Source of the DNA: Clostridium sp. CAG:710 | GTDB taxonomy: Bacteria > Bacillota_I > Bacilli_A > RF39 > UBA660 | Direction: 5' to 3' | Assembly: GCA_000432595.1 (NCBI GenBank) | Contig: HF996867.1 | Coordinates: 72,522 to 136,521, forward strand | DNA length: 64,000 nt | In this document: positions 30,360-40,800 of the stretch, in pieces | How positions within the stretch are numbered: position 1 is the first letter of the stretch | How the letters are laid out: every line of letters starts with the position of its first letter | The notes under the pieces: model-generated | Databases searched by the model: none | What the model was told of the DNA's origin: nothing | Seen by the model: the letters and a program-made list of their open reading frames with translations, nothing else | Program-made: the position numbers and the translations under genes

Positions 30360-30771
30360 AAAAGGGTTTACACTAATTGAGTTAATATTAGTAATAGGAA
30401 TAATAGGAGTAATACTAGCCTTTGCAATACCAAATGTAACAACAACATTAGAAAAAAATAAAAAGGATCAAATGATCGCAGATGCAAAAGATATGGCAGA
30501 AAAAGCTAAGAACTGCCTCTTAACAAAAGGCTACGATGCTTGCCAAAGTCAAAGTCTTAATGATCTAGACACACGAAATGAAATAAAAGATTCACCTTAT
30601 GGTGCTCAATATAATAGAAATGATTCAAAAGTAGTTATTAGAAAGAATGAAAAAGAAAATAAATACGAATACCATATCACATTAACAGATGGAAAAATGG
30701 AAATTAGTAAGGTTGAATTAAACGAGTTAAATGGAAATGATAAATATAATAAAATAACTGAAGTAAACTAG
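30352..30771 (+). CDS. Type IV pilin / pseudopilin-like protein
   Basis: MDKKG-FTLIELILVIGIIGV; overlaps the previous stop by 8 nt. Confidence 0.75.
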   Translation: MDKKGFTLIELILVIGIIGVILAFAIPNVTTTLEKNKKDQMIADAKDMAEKAKNCLLTKGYDACQSQSLNDLDTRNEIKDSPYGAQYNRNDSKVVIRKNEKENKYEYHITLTDGKMEISKVELNELNGNDKYNKITEVN

Positions 30772-30874
30772 CACAACAAAATAATGTAAATATTGTCAAT
30801 TTATTAATTGTTGCAATTGACTGAAAAACTTTTTTGTGATAGTATTAATACATAAGATAGAAAGGAAGATAGAG

Positions 30875-31378
30875 ATGAAAAAAACAAATAAAAAAGGATT
30901 CACATTAGTTGAATTATTAGCCGTTATAGTTATATTAGGTGTATTACTAATGATTGCAGTACCAGCAGTTCAAAATGTAATTAAGTCGTCAAGAAAGAAA
31001 GCATTTGAAAGTGCTGCGAAGCTAGCAATTGAAAATGCTGAAACAATGGCATCTTCATATAATATTTCGGGTTCAGCAGGACAATGTATTGTTTTTATTA
31101 ATGACCAAAACTATACACCTAAAGGGGGTACTGCTACTAACTATAAAGGAATGGAATTGGAAAGAGGAGATTTTGGAACTAACGCAATCGGGTATATTCG
31201 TATAGACACAGAAGGTAAGGGAACAATTTATATACAAAATGATGCATATGCTATTCTTGAAAAAACTCTTAAAAATTCTGCTGACCTTGGAACTACGGCT
31301 AGTAGTGGTAGTACTAAAACACAAGCAACCCCAAAAAGTGGAGAATATGCTGTTTGCCAATGGGTAGAAACAAAATAG
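30875..31378 (+). CDS. Type IV pilin / pseudopilin-like protein
   Basis: MKKTNKKG-FTLVELLAVIVILGV. The start is set at the Met after RBS AAAGGAAG. Confidence 0.75.
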   Translation: MKKTNKKGFTLVELLAVIVILGVLLMIAVPAVQNVIKSSRKKAFESAAKLAIENAETMASSYNISGSAGQCIVFINDQNYTPKGGTATNYKGMELERGDFGTNAIGYIRIDTEGKGTIYIQNDAYAILEKTLKNSADLGTTASSGSTKTQATPKSGEYAVCQWVETK

Positions 31379-31444
31379 TGATCAGGTCTAATTTAGACCT
31401 TTTTCTTTTGCCAAAATTTTGATATACTTTTATTGGTGGTAAAT

Positions 31445-32338
31445 ATGTTAATAATAGGATCTCATGTATCTTTCAATAAAGAAACACAACTACTAGGTAG
31501 TTTAAAAGAAGCTCTTGGATATGGAGAAAATACATTTATGTTTTATACAGGGGCACCACAAAATACTAATAGATGTAGTATTAATGATGGATTAACTTTA
31601 GAAGCATTAACTTTAATGAAATCAAATAATATTGATTATTCAAAAGTAATAGTACATGCTCCATATATAATAAATCTTGCTAATAGAAAAGAAGAAGATA
31701 AGTTCAATTTTTCAATAAGATTTTTGACTGAAGAGGTAGAACGCTGTGATAAGTTAGGTATTAAATACATGGTTCTTCATCCAGGGAGTCATGTTGGATG
31801 TGGAATAGATACTGGTATAGAAAACATAATAAATGGTTTAAATACTATTTTAGATAATATTTCATTTGAAGATAATAATGTGATAATACTTCTTGAAACA
31901 ATGGCAGGAAAAGGTACTGAAGTAGGCAGTAACTTTAATGAAATTAAAAGAATAATAAATGGTGTCAATAATAAAAATAGAATTGGTGTATGTATGGATA
32001 CATGTCATTTAAATGATGCTGGTTATGATGTTACAGATTTTGATTTATTACTTGATGAATTTGATAAAGAAGTAGGACTTTCTTATTTAAAATGTATTCA
32101 CATTAATGATAGTAAGAATCCTAAAGGAGCTAGAAAAGATAGACACGAAAATATAGGATTTGGTTACATTGGTTTTGATGCCTTAATAAATATTATTTAT
32201 AATAAAAGAATTGAAGATATTCCAAAAATACTTGAAACACCATGGGTAGGAGAATATCCACCATATAAAGAAGAAATAGAAATGATTAAAAATAAAGAGT
32301 TTGATCCAGAATTAAAGGAGAAACTAGAAAACATCTAA
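31445..32338 (+). CDS. nfo: Deoxyribonuclease IV (endonuclease IV)
   Basis: IGSHVS, VHAPYIINL, LHPGSH, ETMAGKG, CMDTCH, HINDS motifs in canonical order. Confidence 0.9.
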   Translation: MLIIGSHVSFNKETQLLGSLKEALGYGENTFMFYTGAPQNTNRCSINDGLTLEALTLMKSNNIDYSKVIVHAPYIINLANRKEEDKFNFSIRFLTEEVERCDKLGIKYMVLHPGSHVGCGIDTGIENIINGLNTILDNISFEDNNVIILLETMAGKGTEVGSNFNEIKRIINGVNNKNRIGVCMDTCHLNDAGYDVTDFDLLLDEFDKEVGLSYLKCIHINDSKNPKGARKDRHENIGFGYIGFDALINIIYNKRIEDIPKILETPWVGEYPPYKEEIEMIKNKEFDPELKEKLENI

Positions 32339-32389
32339 AGCGCTTAAAAAGTGCTTTTTTTTTGAACTTTTTTAGGAAAAAATAAATAT

Positions 32390-33400
32390 ATGTGTAATAT
32401 TTATAATAGAAGTAATAGAAAAGGAGAAAAAAGCACGAGAGAAAACAAAATAATATTATTTGAAAATCAAGAAGTAAAATTAGAAGTAAATATGAAAGAT
32501 GAAACCGTATGGTTATCACTAGAGCAAATGGCAGAGTTGTTTAGCAGGGATAGAACGGTTATTGCTAGACATATAAACAATATTTTTAAAGATAATGAAT
32601 TAGATAAAAATGAGGTATGTGCAAAATTTGCACATACCACTAAACATGGTGCAATATCGGACAAAAGTCAAACCAGAGAATTAATTTATTATAATCTTGA
32701 TATGATAATCAGCGTTGGTTATCGTGTAAAATCTAAAAATGGTATTATATTTAGAAAATGGGCAACAAAAGTTTTAAAAGATTATATGATTAAAGGATAT
32801 GCAGTTAATCAAAAAAGATTAGAATATCTTGAAGAAACAATTAAATTAATAGATATTGCAGGAAGAATGGATGCCGAATTAAAAGGTAGTGAAGCCTGGG
32901 AAATAATTAAAGTAATAAATAACTATTCAAGTGCCCTAAGTTTACTTGACGATTATGATCATAAAAGAATAACCAAACCAATGGGTACTAAAAATGATAA
33001 ACAAGTTACCTATGAAGATTGTATGAATATAATTGGTAAACTTAAATTTAATAGTGATAGCAATTTATTTGCGTTAGAAAGAAATGAAGGTTTAAAAGAG
33101 ATTATAGGTACCATATATCAATCTTTTGATGGTAAAGATTTATATTCTACTATAGAGGAAAAAGCAGCTAATTTCTTATATTTAATTACAAAAAATCATA
33201 CTTTTATTGATGGCAATAAAAGAATAGCTGCCACACTATTTATATATTTTCTAGAATTCTACAATATTCTTTATAATGAAAATGGACAAGTTATAGATAA
33301 TAATACACTTGTTGCAATTACACTACTTATAGCGCAGTCTAATCCTAAAGAAAAGGAAATATTAATTGCTTTAGTAATGAACTTCTTAAATAATAAATAA
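32390..33400 (+). CDS. RhuM-family N-terminal domain fused to a Fic/Doc-type domain
   Basis: The N-terminus (ETVWLSLEQMAELFSRDRTVIARHINNIF...VGYRVKSKNGIIFRKWATKVLKDY) is RhuM-like. The C-terminus has HTFIDGNKRIAATLF, a Doc-type HxFxDGNKR motif. Confidence 0.8.
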   Translation: MCNIYNRSNRKGEKSTRENKIILFENQEVKLEVNMKDETVWLSLEQMAELFSRDRTVIARHINNIFKDNELDKNEVCAKFAHTTKHGAISDKSQTRELIYYNLDMIISVGYRVKSKNGIIFRKWATKVLKDYMIKGYAVNQKRLEYLEETIKLIDIAGRMDAELKGSEAWEIIKVINNYSSALSLLDDYDHKRITKPMGTKNDKQVTYEDCMNIIGKLKFNSDSNLFALERNEGLKEIIGTIYQSFDGKDLYSTIEEKAANFLYLITKNHTFIDGNKRIAATLFIYFLEFYNILYNENGQVIDNNTLVAITLLIAQSNPKEKEILIALVMNFLNNK

Positions 33401-33427
33401 TTAATAAATTGCAATAAAAAAGATAAA

Positions 33428-33682
33428 TCAATTCAATTTATCTTTTAAATCTGTATAAATTTTATATAAAGAATCAAACACTTGAGGTCTTAATTTTTCT
33501 TTTAATTCTAGAATTAAATCATTAGGATTTCCCTTATAAAACTCTCTCCAATAATTTTTTGCATATAAATATAATACTTTAACTTCATCATCATTTAAAC
33601 TAATATTTTTTCTTTTTGAATATTGAATTATATCATCCTCAGTTAACTTATTTACATAATCTCTTATTATAATTTCGTACAT
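33428..33682 (-). CDS. Small DUF2624-like protein
   Basis: 84 aa; NKLTEDDIIQYSKRKNISLNDDEVKVLY pattern. Family assignment is from memory. Confidence 0.4.
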   Translation of the reverse strand: MYEIIIRDYVNKLTEDDIIQYSKRKNISLNDDEVKVLYLYAKNYWREFYKGNPNDLILELKEKLRPQVFDSLYKIYTDLKDKLN

Positions 33683-33751
33683 AAAATTCCTCCTATAAAA
33701 TTATATGAAATAACTTTTAAAATATTAGGCAAACTAATAGTGGTGAATAAT

Positions 33752-35794
33752 ATGTTTAGAAAAAATAAATTAAAAAAGAATAATAAATCTATAGAAGATA
33801 AAAGATTTACATTTTTAGGGGTGATAGTTGTATTATCATTTGTCTTTATAGCAATCAATCTCTTTAGAATAATAATAGTTGATAAAGAAATATATACAAA
33901 AAACTTATCGGTTTTAACATCTTCAACAGTATATGGTGATACTCCACCTAGAGGAAGAATATATGATAGAAACCATAAGCTATTAGTAGATAATAAATCT
34001 ATTCCAGTTATTTTATATAAAAAACCTAAAAAAATAACTTCTAAGGAAGAAATAGATCTAGCATATAAAATATCTAAAGTAATAGACGTTGATTACTCTA
34101 AATTAGATAAAATTAATCTTAAAGAGTTTTGGATAGAGCAAAACAAGACTCTTGCGAATAAAAAAATCACAGATGAAGAGTGGAATAAATTAAAAAATAG
34201 AAAATTAAATATGGAAGAAATAAGAAAGATAAAACTAGATAGAATTACAGATGAGGAATTATCTTCATACAATGATTTGGATAAAGAATCTGCATATATT
34301 TACTACCTAATGAATAAGGGATATTCTTATCAAGAAAAAATAATAAAAAAAGAAAACATAACAGATGAAGAAATGGCATACATCGCAGAACACAAAGATA
34401 AATTATCTGGATTTGATGTATCATATAAATGGACAAGAGTTTATCCATATGGAGATATTTTTAGAACTATTTTAGGAAATGTTTCAACAATAAGTGCAGA
34501 AGACAAAAAAGAATATTTAAGTAAAGGCTATTTGTTAAGTGATGAAGTAGGAGTAAGTTATCTAGAAAAACAATATGAAGATATATTAAAGGGTGAGAAA
34601 GCAACTTATAAACTAGAGAATAACAACCTAGTTTTAAAAACCGAAGGCAAAAGAGGTAATGACATTGTACTAACAATAGATATAGAGCTTCAAAAAGAAA
34701 TAGAAGCTATATTAGAAGAAGAGGTTGTAAAAGCAAAAAAAGAGCCTGCGACTGATTACTATAATAGAAGTTATGTTGTAATACAACAACCAAATACAGG
34801 TGAAATACTTGCGATGAGTGGGAAACAAGTAGTTAAAAGTGGAAAAGAATATAAAGTATATGATGTTACTAGTGGTATAGTAACTAATCCGATGACACCA
34901 GGGAGTGTAGTTAAGGGTGCATCTATGTTAGTAGGATACAATACATCTGCCATAAAGATGGGAGAGAGAATGAATGATTCTTGTATTAAAATATATATGA
35001 AACCAAAAAAATGCTCATGGAAGACTCTAGGAAGAATTAATGATATAGATGCTCTTGCATATTCTTCAAATATTTATCAGTTTAAAACCGCGATGAAGGT
35101 AGATGGTTATAACTATACATATAATGGAAAATGGCAAGCAAAAAAAGAATCATTTGATGCATATAGAGATATATTTAAACAATTTGGTTTGGGGGTAAAA
35201 ACAGGAATAGACTTACCAGTAGAAAGTGTTGGTAACATAGGAAAAAACTATAGTTCAGACTTATTACTTAACTTTGCGATAGGTCAATATGATACCTATA
35301 CCGCAATGCAGTTATCTCAATATATTAATACATTTGCATCAAATGGAGTAAGGTATCAACCCCATTTATTAAAAAGCGTTTATTCTAGTAGTAGTAATAA
35401 TGAACTAGGTGAATTAATGTATGAAGTTGATCCAATTGTACTAAACAAGGTAAATGTTAAAGATGAATACATAGAAAGGGTACAAAAAGGTCTAAGGGCA
35501 GTTATAAAATATGGACTTGGTAAAAATATAATGGGAAATATGAAAGATGGTAGTGGTAAAACAGGAACCAGTGAATCATTCCTAGATACAGATTTAGATG
35601 GTAAAGTCGATACAGAAACACTATCAAATGCATTTGTTGGATATGCACCTACAAAAGATCCTGTTATGAGTATTACAGTAACATCTCCAGATTTGGTAAA
35701 TCCAAACAGTAAATCTAGGGGAAGAAGCTACCTAAATCATCGCTTAACTAGGCTAATTTCCAATAAATTCTTCGAAATATACAATAATAGTTAA
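33752..35794 (+). CDS. Penicillin-binding protein 2-type transpeptidase
   Basis: N-terminal TM segment and dimerisation domain. Transpeptidase motifs: SVVK (SxxK), SSN (SxN), KTGT (KTG). Confidence 0.85.
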   Translation: MFRKNKLKKNNKSIEDKRFTFLGVIVVLSFVFIAINLFRIIIVDKEIYTKNLSVLTSSTVYGDTPPRGRIYDRNHKLLVDNKSIPVILYKKPKKITSKEEIDLAYKISKVIDVDYSKLDKINLKEFWIEQNKTLANKKITDEEWNKLKNRKLNMEEIRKIKLDRITDEELSSYNDLDKESAYIYYLMNKGYSYQEKIIKKENITDEEMAYIAEHKDKLSGFDVSYKWTRVYPYGDIFRTILGNVSTISAEDKKEYLSKGYLLSDEVGVSYLEKQYEDILKGEKATYKLENNNLVLKTEGKRGNDIVLTIDIELQKEIEAILEEEVVKAKKEPATDYYNRSYVVIQQPNTGEILAMSGKQVVKSGKEYKVYDVTSGIVTNPMTPGSVVKGASMLVGYNTSAIKMGERMNDSCIKIYMKPKKCSWKTLGRINDIDALAYSSNIYQFKTAMKVDGYNYTYNGKWQAKKESFDAYRDIFKQFGLGVKTGIDLPVESVGNIGKNYSSDLLLNFAIGQYDTYTAMQLSQYINTFASNGVRYQPHLLKSVYSSSSNNELGELMYEVDPIVLNKVNVKDEYIERVQKGLRAVIKYGLGKNIMGNMKDGSGKTGTSESFLDTDLDGKVDTETLSNAFVGYAPTKDPVMSITVTSPDLVNPNSKSRGRSYLNHRLTRLISNKFFEIYNNS

Positions 35795-35857
35795 AAAACT
35801 TTTGGCAAAATTCAAATTATCTGGTATAATACCAATAGAAAACGAGGAGGGATAATA

Positions 35858-36022
35858 ATGGCAAAGGTAGGAAATAGACAAAATAAAACTCTAGTATGTA
35901 CAGTTTGTAGTTCAGAAAACTATCGTACAGACAAGAATGTAAAAAATACAACTGATCGTTTAGAATTAAACAAATATTGTCCAAAATGTCAAAAACATAC
36001 AACACATAAAGAAAAGAAATAG
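35858..36022 (+). CDS. rpmG: 50S ribosomal protein L33
   Basis: Not in the ORF track (54 aa). [54 protein letters not shown]; RBS GAGGAGG. Confidence 0.9.
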   Translation: MAKVGNRQNKTLVCTVCSSENYRTDKNVKNTTDRLELNKYCPKCQKHTTHKEKK

Positions 36023-36047
36023 TTATAAAAATTCAGGGAGTTTATAA

Positions 36048-36188
36048 GTGGAAAAAATAACTAATGTAAGACTAAGAGAATCGACAATAAAAAAATTAAA
36101 CACAAGTGAATCAAAAGATTCAAATAAAAAAGAAAAAACGAAAATAAGAAATAATCCCAAAAGAAAGGGGAGAATATACAATGATTAA
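36048..36188 (+). CDS. Possible 46-aa lysine-rich ORF overlapping the efp start
   Basis: GTG start 7 nt after AGGGAG. The stop TAA (36186-36188) overlaps the efp ATG in ATGATTAA. No homology known to me. Confidence 0.25.
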   Translation: MEKITNVRLRESTIKKLNTSESKDSNKKEKTKIRNNPKRKGRIYND

Positions 36189-36738
36189 TGTAAATGATAT
36201 AAAAAATGGAATGACAGTTAAAATAGACAACAATATCTATACAGTAGTAGAATTTCAACATGTTAAACCAGGTAAAGGTTCAGCCTTTGTTAGAACTAAA
36301 TTAAAAAATATAAGAACTGGTGCAACTACAGAAATTACATTTAATGCTGGAGTAAAAATAGAAACTGCACGTGTTGAAAAACAAAACATGCAATTCTTAT
36401 ATAGTCAAGGTGATACATATTACTTTATGAATATGCAAACTTATGACCAAATTGAACTTAATAAATCTTCACTTGGAGATAATGCTAAATTCTTAAAAGA
36501 AAACTTAGAAGTAATTATCTCTTTCTATGAGGGAGAAGTTGTAGGAGTAATTTTACCAGATAAAATAGAATACCTTATAACTAAATCAGATCCAGGTGTT
36601 AAAGGAAATACTACATCAACTGCAATGAAAGATGCTGAACTAGAAACAGGAATGGTTATAAAAGTTCCAATGTTTATTAGTGAAGGTGAAAGAATTCTTG
36701 TATCAACTGCAGATGGAAAATATGTATCAAGAGCGTAA
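36181..36738 (+). CDS. efp: Elongation factor P
   Basis: VVEFQHVKPGKGSAFVRTKLKN...VSTADGKYVSRA is collinear with Bacillus Efp. Confidence 0.95.
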   Translation: MINVNDIKNGMTVKIDNNIYTVVEFQHVKPGKGSAFVRTKLKNIRTGATTEITFNAGVKIETARVEKQNMQFLYSQGDTYYFMNMQTYDQIELNKSSLGDNAKFLKENLEVIISFYEGEVVGVILPDKIEYLITKSDPGVKGNTTSTAMKDAELETGMVIKVPMFISEGERILVSTADGKYVSRA

Positions 36739-36767
36739 GCTCTTTTTTTGTTTATAAGAATAATAGC

Positions 36768-37262
36768 TTATTTTACTAAATACGGACTAAATGTTAAAAA
36801 AGCATCTATTGTAAAAAGGGTTATTAAAACATAGCTTACAGGTCTAGGAATTTTTGTTATAAATTTATCTAAAATTGGCTTAATTATATAGATAATTAAA
36901 AGTGAAGATATTCCCCAAATAAAAGACATTTTTAATGAAGTATATCTAAATATTGAAAAGGGTCCATTACTATAATCCCAAAAAGTAACTCTAAATAACT
37001 TTTCTATTAAAATACCGCTAATAAGTTCCATAAAAGATAATATTATAAAACCAATTAAAAATACAATAATAGGTTTAGAAATTTTATTTAATTTAAATAT
37101 TTTATTTACAAGTTTATATAAATATATAACAATACAAACACCAATTCCATAAATAGGAGTCCACCATCCAAAGAAAATTCCACTATCTTTTGTAACGTAA
37201 AAGAAGTCTTCTATAAAATGTCCAAGGATAGAAAATAAAAAGAAAGTATTTACATAATACAT
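36768..37262 (-). CDS. Polytopic membrane protein (putative ABC-transporter type IV / DUF1113-like)
   Basis: FFLFSILGHFIED N-terminus and 4-5 TM segments. Family assignment is from memory. Confidence 0.45.
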   Translation of the reverse strand: MYYVNTFFLFSILGHFIEDFFYVTKDSGIFFGWWTPIYGIGVCIVIYLYKLVNKIFKLNKISKPIIVFLIGFIILSFMELISGILIEKLFRVTFWDYSNGPFSIFRYTSLKMSFIWGISSLLIIYIIKPILDKFITKIPRPVSYVLITLFTIDAFLTFSPYLVK

Positions 37263-37359
37263 ATAATCACCATTAATATAATGTATATTAGTAACAAAAA
37301 TTATTCTTGTTAAATATAAATATTTGTGGTATTCTAACTAACATGAAGGAGAATATCAT

Positions 37360-37587
37360 ATGGAAAATTTAGAAAATATAAATTTAGGAAAATATACAGG
37401 TGAGTTCCTATGCTTAGACAAAATGCATATTAATGATAAAGACTACCTATATTTAATAGGTTATAACACACCAGAATTATTAGTTGTAGAACAAAGAAAT
37501 GATGAACTAATACAGTCAAGTAAAGAAACAACTAAAGTAATGATGAAAGAATTCACAAAAAGACTAATTTCTAAGCAGAATGATTAA
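37360..37587 (+). CDS. Hypothetical small protein
   Basis: RBS AAGGAG; 75 aa; no motif recognised. Confidence 0.4.
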   Translation: MENLENINLGKYTGEFLCLDKMHINDKDYLYLIGYNTPELLVVEQRNDELIQSSKETTKVMMKEFTKRLISKQND

Positions 37588-37639
37588 TAAAATAACCTAA
37601 ATTATTGAAATACTAAAATAATTATGCTATATTTAATAA

Positions 37640-37857
37640 TGTTGAAAGCAAATGCGAAAGACGTAATTAAGTAATTCTTTAAAAGAGAGTCTAGTATGGT
37701 GAAAATAGACAAAGATAGCTTAATTAAGATCACTTTCAAGTGCGTTTTATGGATAAGATAAAAACGGTAACGCGTTATAGTTTTAAGTGCATAGTTTAAC
37801 TATGAATTAAGGTGGTAACACGGTAACTCGTCCTTTTGCAAGGAACGAGTTTTTTTA
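37640..37857 (+). promoter_or_regulatory. T-box leader (Ile specifier) controlling ileS
   Basis: AGAGAGT and GGTGAAA boxes, ATC specifier at 37739-37741, T-box sequence AATTAAGGTGGTAACACGG (37805-37823), terminator CTCGTCCTT/AAGGAACGAG plus T-run (37826-37856). Promoter TTGAAA-17-TATATT at 37605-37633. Confidence 0.8.
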
Positions 37858-37873
37858 ATTTAAGGAGGGAATT

Positions 37874-40800
37874 ATGAAGGAAATATTTAAAGAACTTTCA
37901 AAAGAAAAAGTAAGCAGAGTAGAAGATGAAATCAATGAAAATTGGAAAAAAATGGACATTCTAGATAAATGTATAGAAGGAAGAACTAAAGACTTTGTCT
38001 TCTATGATGGACCTGCAACTGCGAATGGTATGCCTGGACTTCATCATATGGTAGCAAAATTCTTAAAAGATGCATTTTGTAAATACCATACAATGAAGGG
38101 TGAAAGAGTTCTAAGAAAAATAGGTTGGGATACTCATGGTTTACCAGTAGAAGTGCAAGTAGAAAAGAAACTAGGATTTAAAGATAAAACTGATATTGAA
38201 AAATTCGGAATTAAAGAATTTAATGAAGAATGCCGTAAAACTGTTTGGGAAAATGAAAAAGCTTTCGCAGATCTTACAACTAAAATGGGACAATTCATTG
38301 ACCTAGAAAATAGATATATAACATATGATAATAATTATATTGAAACAGAGTGGTGGATATTAAAGAAATTCTTTGATGAAGGATTATTCTATGAGGGTGC
38401 TAAAATACTTCCATATTGTACAAGATGTGGAACAGGACTTGCTTCTCATGAAGTAGCGCAAGGATATAAAGAAATATCTGTTGATACAGTAATAGTTCCA
38501 ATGAAGAAAAAAGATGAAGAAAATACATACTTCTTAGTATGGACAACAACACCTTGGACATTGATAGCAAACGTTGCGCTTTGTGTTAATCCAAACGAAG
38601 AATATATTAAAGCCTCATCACAAGGTTATAATTTTATAGTCGCAAAAAAACTTGCAAATAAAGTTTTAGGTGATGACTATGAAATACTTGAAACATATAA
38701 GGGTAGTGATCTAGAATATACTGAATATGAACAATTACTACCATTCTTAAGTGTAGATAAACATGCTTTCTATGTTACATGTGATAATTATGTAACTATG
38801 GAAGATGGTACTGGTATAGTGCACTTAGCTCCTGCGTTTGGTGCAGATGATGCAAATGTTGGTAAAAAATATGGATTACCTTACTTAAATCCAGTTGGAG
38901 AAGATGGATGTTATACAGATGGTCCATGGAAAGGTATGAGAGTATTTGATGCCGACGAAGTAGTAATTAAATACTTAAAGGAAAATGATAAACTATTTAA
39001 AAAGCAAAGAATGGTACACAACTATCCACATTGTTGGAGATGTGATACACCACTTCTATATTATTCAAAACCAAGTTTCTATTTAGAAGTGACTAAAATA
39101 AAAGATAAAATAATAGAAGCAAATAAAACTGTTCATTGGTTTCCAGAATATGTTGGAGAAAAAAGATTTGGTAATTGGCTAGAAAATTTAAATGATTGGG
39201 CAATTTCAAGAAGTAGATATTGGGGTACACCACTTCCATTATGGAGATGTAGTTGTGGTCATGATGAAATGATAGGTTCACGTAAAGAATTAGCAGAAAA
39301 AGCAATTGAAAACATTGATGAATCAATAGAACTTCATAGACCATATGTTGATGATGTACATATAAAATGTCCAGAATGTGGTGGAGTAATGACTCGTGTT
39401 AAAGATGTAATTGACTGTTGGTTTGACTCAGGTTCAATGCCTTTTGCACAATATCATTATCCATTTGAGAACAAAGAACTATGGAAAACACAATTCCCTG
39501 CAGATTTTATTGCAGAAGGAATAGATCAAACACGTGGTTGGTTCTATTCACTTTTAGTAATTTCAGTATTTGTAACAGGAAAATCTCCATATAAAAATGT
39601 ATTAGTAAACGAATTACTACTTGATAAGTATGGAAAGAAAATGCATAAATCAAAAGGTAATTCAGTTGAACCATTTAGCTTAATTGAAGAATATGGCGCA
39701 GATACAATTAGATGGTATCTACCATATGTATCACCTGTATGGACACCAATTAAATTTGATGAAGACGGATTAAAAGAAGTTTATTCTAAATTCTTCAATA
39801 CATTAAAAAATACATATAATTTCTTTGCACTATATGCAAATACAGATGAAGTTGATGCAAGAAGCTTAAAAGTTAAATATGATGATTTAGAAGAAATAGA
39901 TAAATGGTTATTATCTAAATATAATAAATTAGTAAAATACACAACAGATGCATATGAAGAGTATGACTTAAATAAAGTTGTAAGAAGTATTACTGACTTT
40001 GTCTCAGAAGACTTATCAAATTGGTATATAAGAAGAAATAGAAGAAGATTCTGGGCACATGACTTAGATACTAGTAAAAAAGCAGTTTATAAAACAACAT
40101 ACGATGTATTAGTAGGACTTACAAAACTGATAGCACCAGTAGTACCTTTCATATCAGAAGAAATCTATACTGCACTTACTAATAAAGAAAGTGTTCATCT
40201 AGCAAAATTCCCTAAATGTGATGATAAATTAATAGATGAAAAAATAGAAGAAAAAATGGATTTAGTAAGAGATTTAATATCACTTGGAAGAAATGTAAGG
40301 GAAGAAGCAAAAATTAAAGTAAGACAACCAATAAGTGAAGCTATATTAGATGGTAAAAATAAAAATATAATTGGAGACTTAACAGAACTAATTAAAGAAG
40401 AATTAAATGTTAAAGAAATTAAGTTTGTAGATGACTTATCCATTTATATGAATTATGAAGTAAAACCTAACTTTAAAGTATGTGGACCACTATTAGGTTC
40501 TTCAATAAAGTCATTCCAAGGTTATGTTAAGAACTTTAATTATGGTGATATAAAGAATCTTGAAGAAGGAAACGAAGTTAAAATTAATTTAGATGGTAAA
40601 GAAATTACAATTACTTATGACATGTTAGATGTTAGAATAACTTCAAAAGAAGGATTCAATTCAACACATGAAGGAAATAACTTCATAGTACTTAATACAA
40701 CATTAAATAAAGATTTAATTAATGAAGGAATTGCAAGAGAATTAATAAGCAAAATACAACAACTAAGAAAGAATAAAGACTTTAACATAGTAGATAGAAT

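Noticed and set aside
32339-32389. A Phd-type antitoxin ORF upstream of the RhuM-Doc gene
   Set aside because: The gap is about 50 nt and is occupied by the nfo terminator. No small ORF fits.
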